DNA of 64,000 nt from Blasia pusilla. Lineage: Eukaryota. The notes beneath the pieces were generated by a model, which was not told the DNA's origin, made no database searches, and was given only the letters and a program-made list of their open reading frames with translations. Location: the NCBI GenBank assembly GCA_050084515.1, contig CM114271.1, positions 42,656,001 through 42,720,000 of the forward strand. The letters are read 5' to 3'. Shown in pieces: positions 1 through 12,300 of the stretch. Made by a program: the position numbers and the translations under genes. The first letter of the stretch is position 1. The number at the start of each line of letters is the position of its first letter.

Positions 1-581
1 TGCTTCATCTTGCAATAATGATGGAGAGAAATTTGGGAGCTTGGCGATAATTCTCTCATTCGTAAGCCCATGTAGATGCCAAAGGTTCAAACTTGTATCT
101 AACTTTAGTAAGAGTGGGTTTCTTGATCATGAGGTTTAAGACAGAAGATATGAGATTTTCCATATAGATGTTTTATAAGAATTCTAATTCACAATCAAAT
201 GTGTTTTATTTATATGGTTAAGTGAGGATTCTAACCTCTCAGTTGTACAAAAAGTAAGAGTGATATGTGTTGACACCAAGCAAAGCTCAAGTCAAATGTT
301 AGAGGCCTAGGTATCTACCTTTGAACAACAACTTCGTAGATCAAGTAGAATAATGTACCATCTTGATGGACTCATAAATGAATAATTTCCCTCAATACAT
401 CATGCACATATGATGATTACCCTTCAAGAACAAGAATCAAGTTATTTTGAAGAAGCTGCTTATAAGATCGAATGGATAGAAGTTATGGAAAAAATCATCA
501 TGCATACAAACATCAACAAACTTGGGAGTTAGTTGATATACCTAATACTAAGGAAGCTATTGCTTGCAAATGGGTTTACAA

Positions 582-1700
582 CTTCCTCGCGCTTATTGAT
601 TGCTCGTGCTCGTCGTATTGGCAGTTGGGTCTTCTTTGGACTTGCCCCTTTTACCTTAGGACACTCTCACTTGAAATGTTTTGGATCATTGCATTATATA
701 ATATCCTCTACCATCTAGTTTACTTAAGGTTGCCCCTTGCTTGGAACTTGGCATTGGTTGAGGTTTGAACCTTTTGGGTTTCGACCCTACTTGTATCCTT
801 GGTTGGGTTTCCTCTAATTTTCCTAGTTGAATGTAGTCTCTGCCTTTATAATGAGGAGCATCTTATCTTGCTTCTCAAGACTTGGATCGCGCGCCTTCAA
901 TTAAGTAGCTGTATCAATGGCTACCTAGCTTTATCTTTCCAAACTTGGTTGTATAAATGTACTTTTCTCCCTCAATTTTTGTTTCATCCTGAGCGTTCTT
1001 TTCTCCACAAAGTTGAAGGTTTGGTTGGCGTCTAATATATTGTTAATGAGTGCCAATGTTGGTTCAAACTAAATAATAAATTTGGGTTTCTCCTAATTTC
1101 ACTTGCCGCAACAGAATTTTGGCTAAGGTTTCTTGATCCTATGACTCCAAACACTTCCTTATTTGTGAAGTAAGCCCCCCTCCCGCTTCTCCCTCCCCCA
1201 AAAATCCAGCTCAATGGTATTCTAATCCTTCCAAAATTTTTGATATCATGTGAGTGCGTAGGTCTCTAATTTCAGAGAGGCCATGACTCCCCGTCTAGCT
1301 AGCTTTCAAAACTTGATAAGTCCCAAGAACTTACTCCAGCCACTAATTGAGGCAACTAATATCGATCTTATCCCTATACACGGGTAACTTCTACCTTATA
1401 TCTCCCAATTAATACCCTTTTGAAAAAAGTTGAGCTACATAACTTTATAGTCTTCCTAACCATATAATCCATTTAGGCTTACTGGTATTCCTTCAATGCC
1501 TAGAGGATGGCGCATTCAACCTATTGAAATTCATGGGTGGTTGAACCTATTGAAATTCACGCGTGGTTGAACCTATGCGCCTTTCCTTAGAGCATCCCTA
1601 ATATTCTGCCTCTTTAAAGGTAATAATAACTTGAGTTTAGCGCATTGGGCATCGAACCTCTTGAGATCAAGTCCCTCCAACGAGTTGCCAAGAGTACTAT
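582..1700 (-). mobile_element. Nested retroelement 5' fragment (gag remnant, PBS and LTR-like sequence) in opposite orientation inside the copia RT
   Basis: The copia RT breaks after 'KWVY' (~580) and resumes at ~1740. The minus strand shows a zinc-knuckle remnant 'CNDPKHFK*EC' (~660-700). The plus-strand 'tgatatca|tg' at 1241-1250 is a degenerate tRNA-Met PBS abutting an LTR end. The right boundary is approximate. Confidence 0.55.
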
Positions 1701-2901
1701 TGGATGGGGAGTTTTTATTGATGGTTGTTTTGCAACTTGATGTCTAAACCGCCAGGATATAACTATCTAAAGTTTCTATTTCGTGTACGAAAATTTAAAA
1801 AAGCTTATACATGCTCAAGCAAAGTCCAAGGTATGGCAAGATTACATACATTCAATAAGAGTCTAGCTTTAGGGTATATGATTTTGATTCCTTGTTATAT
1901 GTCTTCAGAGCATAAGGCCACATGGTTATCATTGTATTGTATGTTGATAATCTCTTGATTATTGGGAATAATAAGGATATGGTAAATCAAGTCAAGCTAA
2001 AGTTACAACCAGAATTTAATATGAAGGCGTTAGGAAACCTCAAATACTTCCTTGGTGTTAAGCTTATGAACATTAGAGAGAGCATGTGCTTATCACAATA
2101 AAAACATGTTCTTCATATACTTTCAAAATATGGTATGATGGCTTGTAAACCAATCTCTACGGTGCTAGCCCAAAACGCAAAGTTAAGAATGGATGTAGAA
2201 GAGATGCTTCCAGATTCTAATATTTGTGTAGGCGTATTCTTGGAAGTTTGATTTCTCTCACCATAATTAGATCAAACTAAAGCTATGCAATCAATTTAGT
2301 GAGCCAATTCATGGAAGCATCTCCAAAACCTCACCTTTATAATATGAGGAAGAATATGTTGTATGTAAAATTTTCTATTTAGTTTGGGCTCCAATTTGAA
2401 CTTTCTCTTAGTTTATAGTTATAAGGATTCATAGATGTTGATTGGGAAAAAAATTTTCTTTGATACACATTCTACATCTTCTTATTCCTTCATCTTGGGA
2501 AGCACAATTATAATTTGGGCTTCAAAGAAGCAACCTACAATAGGTTTCTCTTCAACAAAGGTTGAACACAAAGTTATCTATACAACATGTGAGGTGATAT
2601 GGATTTATAGATTACTCATTGAGATGGATGTTAGTAAGTAAAGACCTAATGAAGTATATGCAAAGAATATTAGTAGCATTAAACTTGCTAATAATTTTAT
2701 ATTTTATACTCAAACAAAGCATATAGACGTGCACTAAAACTTCATTAGATAGAAAGTGTTTCCAGGAATTTGATTTTGTATATATAAGTAGAGATCAACA
2801 AATTGTTAATATCTTTACAAAGGCATTGTCTAGATATAACCTTGAGATGTTTAGAATTGATTTAGGTATTAGAGATATCTATATGAGTTTTAAGGGGAGT
2901 A

Positions 2902-3238
2902 ATGAAGACTTAGTTATACTCAAACTCATCAAATGGTCAAACTACTATATCTTATACTCTCACGAAGTAGGAAAGTTTGATATGAGTAATTTCATTAAGA
3001 AGTATTATTTTAACTATGGTTAGTTCATCATAATTAGTATAACCAGAATTAGTATTATTTTAACTATGGTTAGTTCACCATAATTAGTATAACTAGAGAC
3101 TATGATTATGGTTACTTTTACATAAAGTGTATTGTTTAAAAGGGGATTAATCCCCACTCATCCTCTTATTTTGAATTTTTGTTCTATATGATAATGTGAA
3201 AGATGTATTCCATAATGCTTGTTTAGCAATTTTCTATA
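2902..3238 (+). repeat. 3' LTR of the copia element
   Basis: Starts with TG after the PPT. 3060-3238 aligns by eye with the reverse complement of the LTR at 62319-62555 (ends 'gcttgtttagcaattttctata' vs 'gcttctttagcaattttccaca'). Contains an internal ~50-bp tandem duplication (2997-3095). Confidence 0.7.
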
Positions 3239-3562
3239 TAAGATGCATTTCGAGAGATAAGAGTTGCAAAATTTGTAGGACTCTGCCAGGCTATCTTGGG
3301 GATTTAATGGTTAAGCATGCATCGATAGTTTGTGAATTGCATTTGGATTATAGGCCAAAATTAAGGGTCCCAATTGGACAATGAGAAAAGTGGGTTTCTC
3401 TTTGAGAATCCTAGAAGTATCTATGAAGGGAGAAGGTCCATCTCCCACTCATCCTCCCTACCTAATTAAGTCTATGAACAAGATATAAATTATAATGTGT
3501 GTTTGGTCATGTTTTAGGTTAGAACTAAGGAACTATTTGAGATGTATTTTCAAGAAATAATC

Positions 3563-3960
3563 GACATGCTCTGGTTAAGATGATCGGCTTGGGGAGTTTG
3601 GTCGAGGCTGGGGAAAAAGGCTTTCTTGGAAGAGGATATCTACCTTGAGGAAATAGCCAACACACTCCAATTAAGATAGACAAATTTGGGGAGATTGGTT
3701 GAGGCTTGGGGAAAAGGCTTTCTTGGAAGAGGATATCTACCTTGAGGAAATAGCCGAGACACTCCAATTAAGATAGAAAAATTTGGGGAGATTGGTTGAG
3801 GCTTGGGAAAGATGCTTCCTAGGAAAAAGGTATGCCTAGGCTTCCTAGGCAGACAACATGTATCCTGACGAAATAACCAATACACTCCAATTAAGATGAC
3901 CAACTTAGGGAGATCAGTTGAGGCTTGGAAAAAAGGCTTCATAAGAAGACGAAACTCATC
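3563..3960. repeat. Tandem repeat, ~98-bp unit, about 4 diverged copies
   Basis: 'acactccaattaagat...ggggagattggttgaggcttgggg...' recurs at ~3662, ~3760 and ~3882, with a more diverged copy at ~3565. Confidence 0.85.
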
Positions 3961-3976
3961 TTTGGGGATAGTGAAT

Positions 3977-4476
3977 TGTAATGTGCACACACTTTTTCAC
4001 ACAACATACATTATTATTAAAAACTACAACAACATAAACACAAAATGCCATACAAACTTTTGGTATTTAAACATAGAGATGATCGTGCATCAAAATATAA
4101 CCAATTAAATCAAGAATACTCAAATCATCCTCACAATCTCTCTCTCTTATTCAAACCAAAACCACACTCCTAATTACAGGCTTGGATTATCCATAAGGCA
4201 CGGAGAACCATAGCTTCGCCGCATCATACTAAGACATTCAACAAAGAGAATGTGCTTTTAATTTCTCTCCTTGGGTATATCTCTTCCCTCTCACGAAGCT
4301 CTCTCCACTATAATCTATGTTCAAAATTTGTCTCCTTGGATCTTGATCTAGAGTAAGGGATTAAGGATCACTTCCAAAAATGTAAATTCAAATATGCTCT
4401 AAAAAAAGAACTTACCCAAAAGAATAAATGTCTCAATATGGCTCCAAATGAACCATCCATCTTAAAAGAGGTGACA
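3977..4476 (-). repeat. Diverged solo LTR (A+B unit) related to the termini of the gypsy element at 26935-36634
   Basis: Begins 'tgtaatgtgcacacac' and ends 'gaggtgaca'. Shares 'caaaccaaaaccactc', 'accatagcttcgccgc', 'ttcaacaaagaga' and 'ctcaatatggctccaaatga' with 27046-27556, and the A|B junction 'caaaatataaccaattaaatcaaga'. No clean TSD. Confidence 0.75.
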
Positions 4477-5039
4477 AATATTACCAATGATGGGATGTCA
4501 TAGCGTTCAACCTTTGCTCTTACCACTAAAAAAATACATAAGATTAACCTTTTTTTTTAGGCTATTAAGAGTTAGAGGGACCTAACAAGCAACTAAGGGG
4601 CGACTAGGATGTGTCCAATTGTACGTTTATAAATATCATAAAATCCATCAGATACATGGATATTAGGAATATGTTGATGAGTTGTATTCACAAAAAATAA
4701 TTGTTGACTTTAGAAAGGTATGCAAGATTACATTGAGACCTAGTCAAATCGTTTGTAATTCTCATTTTAGGAGGTAATGACGATCTATAGGTGTAGATGA
4801 CCTATTTCCTTACATGAGAGACAATCTTTAAGGGGTCACCATCTCTTATGTTTCTGGCATTATATTTCAATGCCTTCATAGTCGGTGATGCCACTTGGTC
4901 CTAGGAGCCGCGAGTGAGATGGGTCCATAACAACATATCTCTTTTTAGCCATTTCCTTGTTATATTTACACATGATCCTTTCCTAATAATTTTTCTTTTG
5001 CTTTCGCTCTTATGGAGAAAACCATGTATCATGTAAATT

Positions 5040-5330
5040 ATAAGTGGAGAGTGCCTCTTCATTTTTCAAACTCCTCTCCTCTTGACACTTTGTACTTCTG
5101 GCCAATAAGATCGCTCGCATTTTAGGCCAATATGATCGCTAAAAGTTACTTTAAAGTGGAACTTAAAGCTTTGAGAGTTAGATATGGAAATTAATTTAAA
5201 TAGGACACATCATGGTTTAAATTACCCAATTATCGTATTGGCCCAAAAGGCAACCAATCTTATTCGCCGAAAGTTCCAAGTGTCAAGAGGACATGAATTT
5301 GCAAAATGAAGGGGTGGTCTCTAATAATAA
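5040..5330. repeat. MITE-like element with ~50-bp imperfect terminal inverted repeats
   Basis: The reverse complement of 5040-5092 ('caaagtgtcaagaggagaggagtttgaaaaatgaagaggcactctcc') resembles 5277-5325 ('ccaagtgtcaagaggacatgaatttgcaaaatgaaggggtggtctct'). A related motif occurs at ~54058. Confidence 0.5.
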
Positions 5331-5361
5331 TATAGACGGCAATTAAGAATGTTATAGGAGG

Positions 5362-5398
5362 TAATTTAAACCCGCGTATCGCATGGGCTTACACTTGT
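5362..5398 (+). mobile_element. Helitron-like 3' terminus (hairpin plus degenerate CTAG)
   Basis: 'aacccgcgtatcgcatgggctt-aca-cttg-t' is nearly the reverse complement of 53903-53940, which ends in a perfect CTAG|T. Confidence 0.45.
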
Positions 5399-8300
5399 AT
5401 TGTGGTAAGAGAGTACAAAGTGTACTCCAAGTCTTTTATGACCTTTATAGATAAGCAGAATGCCTGATATATAGCAATTACGATGTGGTTGTATATGAAG
5501 CATGGATTAACTTGAGTTAAGAGCAACCTAAAATTTATTTTAAGATAATACATGCATATTAATTTCACATCTCATTTTTCAAGTGAGACCTTGAGAGTGA
5601 GACATGTATTTATGAATGTGATTGACCCGTTTCGGGAATGAATTTATTTTTTGAATATTGGAAGTTAATGGTCTCCATAAAATTCATAGAGATAGTTTAA
5701 ATCAAAAGATCAAATTTAATGTGCAAAGAGTGGACCCAAATTAGGGTTTACCTAAGTTTTTGTGTTTAGATGTTGTCTGAATTATAAGATGGATATATTT
5801 TAGATATATTTTAATCATGATCAATCTATGATGGTGAGAAATAATTATTTGCGCAACACAAGAGAATCATAAAATTTTATATTAATTGATATGCTTGTAT
5901 ACTTATTTCGTAGGAATCTAAATGGATTGTCATCTAGTTTTAAGTGTGGCAAAATTGATCCACTCTTATTTTAGAATATTTAAAAACTAAAATAATAGGA
6001 AACTAAAATTACCAACTGGTAAACTCCATGCATTCTTATGTAGAACTAAGTGTAATACCCCATGCAATGCATGAAAATAGATTAAGAGTAAAATATTTCG
6101 ACAAAATAATCCTTAATTGTAGGAAGAAGAAATTTGAAAGGACAACAAAACATATAAGCAAGTCCGAATGTTAAACTAGCACATTTGAATTTTTCTAAGA
6201 ATTTAAAAAAGATACATGGTATTTAAGCACCATCTAACATTCCTTCACCACCTAGCACAAGTAAAAAATTAAAGATTATACATTTCTTACATTGCAATGG
6301 ACAATGAAATTAATTTATATATTTTTTTGGAATAATAAAAAATTCAGGAAAACATATAGCTCTAATTAAATGAACATAAGTTATCTGAAAATAAGTGTCT
6401 TTTAAGGTACTTTCTCACCCCCACTTCCTTATAATTCCTTGGTAGAAGGATTTCCTCACCACCAACTTCTTACTTAGATATTGAATTTGTGCGTTGCCCT
6501 CTTGCTAGCCAATTCCATCATTAAATATTTATTGCTCTCCTTTATAGTTTTTTTTTTTTTTTTGGATTCTTTTTTATCATTTCAAAGGTTTTGGTGGAAT
6601 TTAAAAGAATTTCACTTATGTCTAATATGTAATCTATAACAATGATATTATAAAAATTGCTTACAGTCAATTTCTTATTGTACTAATGAAGCAGTGAACC
6701 CACTCAACTAAGATGATAACCCATTTTTTTCTGCATTTCATGGTCATCTGATTCGCCTCAACTTGGGTGTTGCTTTTGTGTCTCAACAAGATCACCAAAA
6801 AATTTGTTTTAATGTCATCCAATATTTAGACAAGAGGTTCAAGATGTCCTCAAGATTTGCAAGGACTAAATCATCTTGTGCAAACAAGGTAAGTGTGTCA
6901 GTAGCCCTTCTACCTTCTTTATTCCCTCCAGTTGAATTCAATCTCTTTGTCACAAGAATTATATCACATTTTTTGTGCAAGGTCCCTATAAATCCTTCTT
7001 GTTCACTATTTTTGGTGTCTCTTTCACATAGCGCATATCTTGTGATCTTTTGCTCAAGATCCCTCTAGATCCTACTTGGCCAATGGTTGTAACATCTCTA
7101 TTTTTTGTGACTCTCTATCCAAAACTCCTCTATATCTTATCTAGCCACAAAACTTTCTATAAAAGGCACATCCAATTATCTTTCATGAAAGATCTCTTTG
7201 AACTTTTCATAATCGTTAATTCTAATGTCTCTTTCTCATAAAGTGCATATGATGAAAATTTAGATATTTCTTGACTTCCGATTCTAGTACCTCCTTTACA
7301 TACAGCATAAATAGTTTATTTTTTTTGTAAGATCCATCTTGATCTTTCCTCATCACTCTAAATCTTGGATGTGTCTCTTCCATACACAATTGACACGATA
7401 TCACTTTCATATATGAAGTCTCTCCACTTTTAAATCTTTCGTTGATCAATAGTTTATATCTTCACTTTGTATATACCATGCAATTGAGAACACTCTATTG
7501 TTTCATATAGTACTTTCTTCAAGTTACAACCTCAAGTGTAGCTTGAGTTATATCCTTGAGGAGACTCCTCCATGTGACACGTCACACAAGTCAATATAAG
7601 AGAAATAAGACTTAATGTCCAAGGTATTTATTACCCTTGTGGGCTACTTTCGAGTATGGGAGGTTACTTTCTAGATGAGTTTATCACTCATGCTATTTGA
7701 CTTGTGCAAGTAGACTTCTTCGTCTTTTTTTAAACTATGGGCAACAAGAAGATGTTTGGAAAATTATCCTCACATGAGCATTACTAACACTCAGTATTAC
7801 AATTGGTGAAAAACAAGAAGACAAAATAATGAGATGATAAGATGAAATAACAACAAACCCATAATTTTGTCCCTCAATACACACTTGATGCTTTTGAAAA
7901 TAAATTTGAATGAAGGGAAATGATATCATTAATTATAGTTAACTTGTGATTTAATCAGTCCGAGGAGGAATAGATATTGTTCCAACTTTTATGAAAGGAT
8001 GGAAAAGCAAGGGATGCATAAGGACAGGAAAAGGCACCATGGGATGAATCATCAACAAGAGAGAGGAAGAGCAAAATGCGTCAAAATTCAACAAGAGCGG
8101 TTTTGTAGGGATTTCTTTTACTGCTGAACTATTTAATCTCCCAAAATAGTTGGAGGGGATCTCTCTTTGTGGCCTAGGGACACATAGGCCCTTTCCATAA
8201 ATTCAAGGAGAGATCATCAATTGTGAACCAGTGTGAAGAGGGAAAAGTCCATCTCCCATTAGTTTCGTTCACCATTTCTCGTGTGTTGGATTAAGAAAAA

Positions 8301-9355
8301 TTGTTCACAACCATAGTTGTTCCAAATGCTCAAATGTAATCATTCCACAGCCATACGTGTCACAACAAATACAGCAGAGCACATTCTCGTCAGGAAAAAT
8401 TTCTCCAAGAACCAAAACGTTGCCAGCATGCATCTTTCTCACCCCATAAGCGATCACACTTCCACATCTTGAGTGAGACTTGGGGCATTCAAAAGTGAAC
8501 TGTCATCTCGAGTTCAGCTAAAATTTGTTTGACTACAATGACCTGATAGGGTCTCGGGTCACAACCTTTCGGTCTAACCACAGCTAGTTAAACTTAGCTG
8601 GTGTCAATATCCAAGTTAAAAATTCCAGCCCTCATCACAGATCCACACCATAGATATAAATTCATCTTCATCTAGGGGCCTGGCCAACCCTACACTCACA
8701 TTAAAAGCACCCTGCCAATTCTCCTGCAGCTTTTAGAAGAAATTACTGGCTTCCTGCTTCCCAGGTAAAAAGGCATGGAACAAACACTAACCATCCATGG
8801 CTCTCTGAGGGGTGAGAATCTAGCCTATTTCAGCAATAGATTGTTGTGGACTACAGTGGCGAATTGTTGTCAGATACAGACAATCTTTCACCTGTCGTTC
8901 TGTGAGTTGAAGACATGCGCACTTGATTGTCCTACAAAATTGGATTTTTGCCCTAAGATCTCAACCTGCTGACAGTGTGTTTCTCTGCATAGTGCAGATC
9001 AATGAGATGCAATCACCACCTCTGCTGCTCTTTGAGAAACCACAAACACACACAGATGAAAGGAAATGTTGACTGACTTCATACTGTGGGCTGGTGTCCG
9101 GTGGTGAATTAAAACATTTTCATTATTGATTTGGAGATATGCACTTCGCAAGTTCTCAACTAAAAATGGAACCACTTGTCAATACGCTCCCAATTGCAAA
9201 GTCTGGCCCTTAAATGAACGCCGCGATCATGTTGCTCTTTGGGCTTCAACGCTATGATATGTGAACTCCCTGTAGGTCAGCATGCAGTTGGTCTTCCGAC
9301 TCTGAACCTGACCATCAAAGGTTGAAGGGCTGGAGTCAATATAAAGCTGACAAGT

Positions 9356-12300
9356 TTATATTGATGTGATGCCATTGAAATCTGAGACTTCAAAAAAGTT
9401 GGGACTCGAATTGGCGCCATGGCAGATGGTGTGCACAAGAATTAACAGCACTTGCCAAATTTGCATGAAAATGCTTCTGCCGACCACTGCTACAGGAATC
9501 CATTCCATTCTCAAACACTCCTCTCCCAAGCAACCTCTCAGAACATTAAATCCATACCTGTCCCAGAAACCTCAGTAGAAGCAAGAAACACAGCTACTGG
9601 CTTCCCTGTACAAACCAACGGAAAATCAACACAAATGTCAGATTTCCCACCCACAACCAACAACTTCGGTCATATTATTACCTGTTTCTACACGTCCTGT
9701 GGAAGTAGATGGCAAAATTTCATTGTCATAAAACCTAATAGAATTTTCGTGCATGCACCTTTCATGCCATAGTTTGAATGGTGAAAGATGAGGGAGTATA
9801 TATACCTGGTGCAGGGGGTGATAGCTCCAATTGTGACGCATGACTGCCAGCCACACTGAGTGCTTGTGTGTCATTGAAGGAGTGTATGGTGACAGAATCC
9901 AACTTCAGTTGTCTCTGCAGAATGAAATACTGAAGGTAAGAGGCCACAAAAAAATGGAGTTCGCTCCTTTCAGGACGCAGTCAAAGTCTAAATGTAGAAT
10001 CTCTGTTACTATGGTACAAGGGGATGTCTTACAGTTATGAGGTCCACATTCTCTCCCAACACTTCGAGCTCTCCAAATGGTAGCTTCAGATCTAACGCCT
10101 GTTCCAGAAAAACCAGGAGTAGCCAGTAAGTTCATCCCTCTTTTATGTTTGACAGTTAATTCTTTAACATTTACATTGGCTAGCTTACCAATTTACAATT
10201 CCAAACCTAGATTTCAATCATTGCACTGTAACATAAATCATGAAATGCTCGCCAGGTGATTACCTGAGCGCCAACTGCCCTGGTCTCATCCTTTTTGTAC
10301 TTCATAAAAGCCATGCATTTTGGACTCAAAACTCGTTTGAAGTCAGACATCTGCCCAAGTTAACCATCACATATCATCAACACAGTGCAAAAGAGCCAGC
10401 ACCTTTCCACCACTTCTAGAAGAGGTGCTCATCACTTCAAGAATTTCAGCCAGAGAAATGGGGATTTGACAATGTTCCACACTCCATTCAATATAATTCC
10501 CAGACTCCACACAAGTTCTATAGAACTCCAAAACAAGGTCGTACCTCTGCAATAGAACTACTCTTCAGGGCAGCTGCAATCTCCTCATCTGGGTTGAAGT
10601 TTTGTGTGACAGGATCATAATTGCTTTGCAAAATCTTCAGGCACTCCTCCTGCGTCAACCAAGAGGAGCCTATTGTCAAAGGCATGTGGACCACAATCTG
10701 TCCACTCAATACACAGCTTCACTCGATTAACAGCAGATGAATTCTTCCAGTAGTAAGGACATAACATAGGTTGCAGCCTCCTGAAGGAAATAACTAGCAA
10801 TATGGTTTGTTTTTTCGTAGTTAGGATTCCCACGTTTTTAACAACATTACAGAACACACCAACATAAACCCTCCTGATTTCGAATACGTTATGTGATTAC
10901 AAGGTCTCTGCTTCAAGCTTTACCAAAACATCTATATCATGAAAATGTATCTGAAGACAATTCTTCAAGTCTATTTGAAGTTGAAATGTCAATACTTGCC
11001 ATGCCATAGAATTTTCAGTGTCATCAGCATCCAAATAAAACACAAGTACAGCAAAAGAGATACAGAGTCTGTCTGGATGTTAAGAGTCCAAGTACTTTCT
11101 TATGAAATAAAGTCCAGCCCAATTGCATTGATTGGTAGACGATGGCTTCAAACCCGAGGCTTAAAGTAGATAGCAAAACCAGACATACGGCAAGAGTACA
11201 CTCACATATAGTTTTATCAACTAGCCCTATTGGGTGCATCTAATGAATTTAAAAGGAGGGATTCAACTGGAATAGAATTAACAACAAATGAAAATGAAAG
11301 GGCACATTACCTGCCAACCACCATAGTTCTCTGCCACAAAGATAAGCCCAATTGATGGTTTGGCAGCAGTTGCAGGAGGTTCAGCTTTCTTCCCCTTCTT
11401 GGGGGGAGCTGTCTGCTTTTGCAATACTTTCCTGAAATCTGTGATCACACTCTGTAAGAAACACCAGCAGAAATAAGTATGTGCACATATACGTATACTC
11501 CCAAGGGATCAAAGCAATGAACAAGTAGTTCCAAAACGGGATGTTTCAACAGGTCTGTAACAGCTAATCTTGTAGTAGCGACCATAACAGAAATGCAGGC
11601 ATGATTATTGATATTCCCCACTTGTAGGTATTTATTTGCTCGCTGAAGAGTGTAGTTCGGAGCCTCAGATGTGGGCCAACCAGCCTTCACAGCAAAGCCT
11701 TCCTTTCCCAATACATCAGTCCACACGTGCTCTGCATAATGTGGGCATATCTGTCAAAGATGAAAGCACTATTAGGTGTGATTCTGCCCAATTAGATGGA
11801 GAAACACTTTCCTGATATCACTCAAATCTTGTTGAAAACATACACAAGAAACAAAATACAGGTAGAAATCCCTGTGAAGCTAGGATATGGGCAATGAATT
11901 CATTTAACCACAACTAACGAGAATCATTGGGTGCAGAAGAATACTGGTGTGATAAGTTTGGTTTGGACATCCATGTATCTCCACAGGAGCTCCTTCTGCA
12001 TTCCTGCCGTGCCACAAGACAATCTGTACTCATCTCGTGCAGTCTGAAAATCATATCAACAGTACGGCTTGGTTGAGTGAAGGGCAGCAAGACTATCAAG
12101 TCCATCTGGTACCACAAAAATCTGTGAGTTAAAAACTTTGTCTTAACCTTCCCTGTGAATGTAACTTCAAGCGATCAACATTTTCCATATGTCCACCTCC
12201 AAACACAGGGATCATTCTTAGTTGAGCACCTAAGTCGTCCTGCAGATTGCTCCTATTTGAATACAGGTTTAGAAGGGAGTGCATGTTTGACGTACAATAA

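Larger units (their letters stand above)
250..3238 (+). mobile_element. Degenerate Ty1/copia LTR retrotransposon (3' part: RT, RNase H, PPT, 3' LTR), interrupted by a nested insertion
   Basis: Copia RT start 'QQTWELVDIP..KEAIACKWVY' (472 ORF), RT fragments at 1740-2100 and RNase H 'WASKKQPTIGFSSTKVEH' (2435 ORF). A PPT 'aaggggagtaa' at ~2892 is followed by TG. Many stops and frameshifts. Collinear with the minus-strand element at 57.4-62.6 kb. Confidence 0.9.

Noticed and set aside
3563-3960. Regularly spaced repeats that might suggest a CRISPR array
   Set aside because: Whole ~98-bp units repeat with no unique spacers, there are no cas genes, and the context is eukaryotic.
6700-7700. Short minus-strand ORFs that may be a decayed transposase
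   Set aside because: No motif I can identify with confidence.
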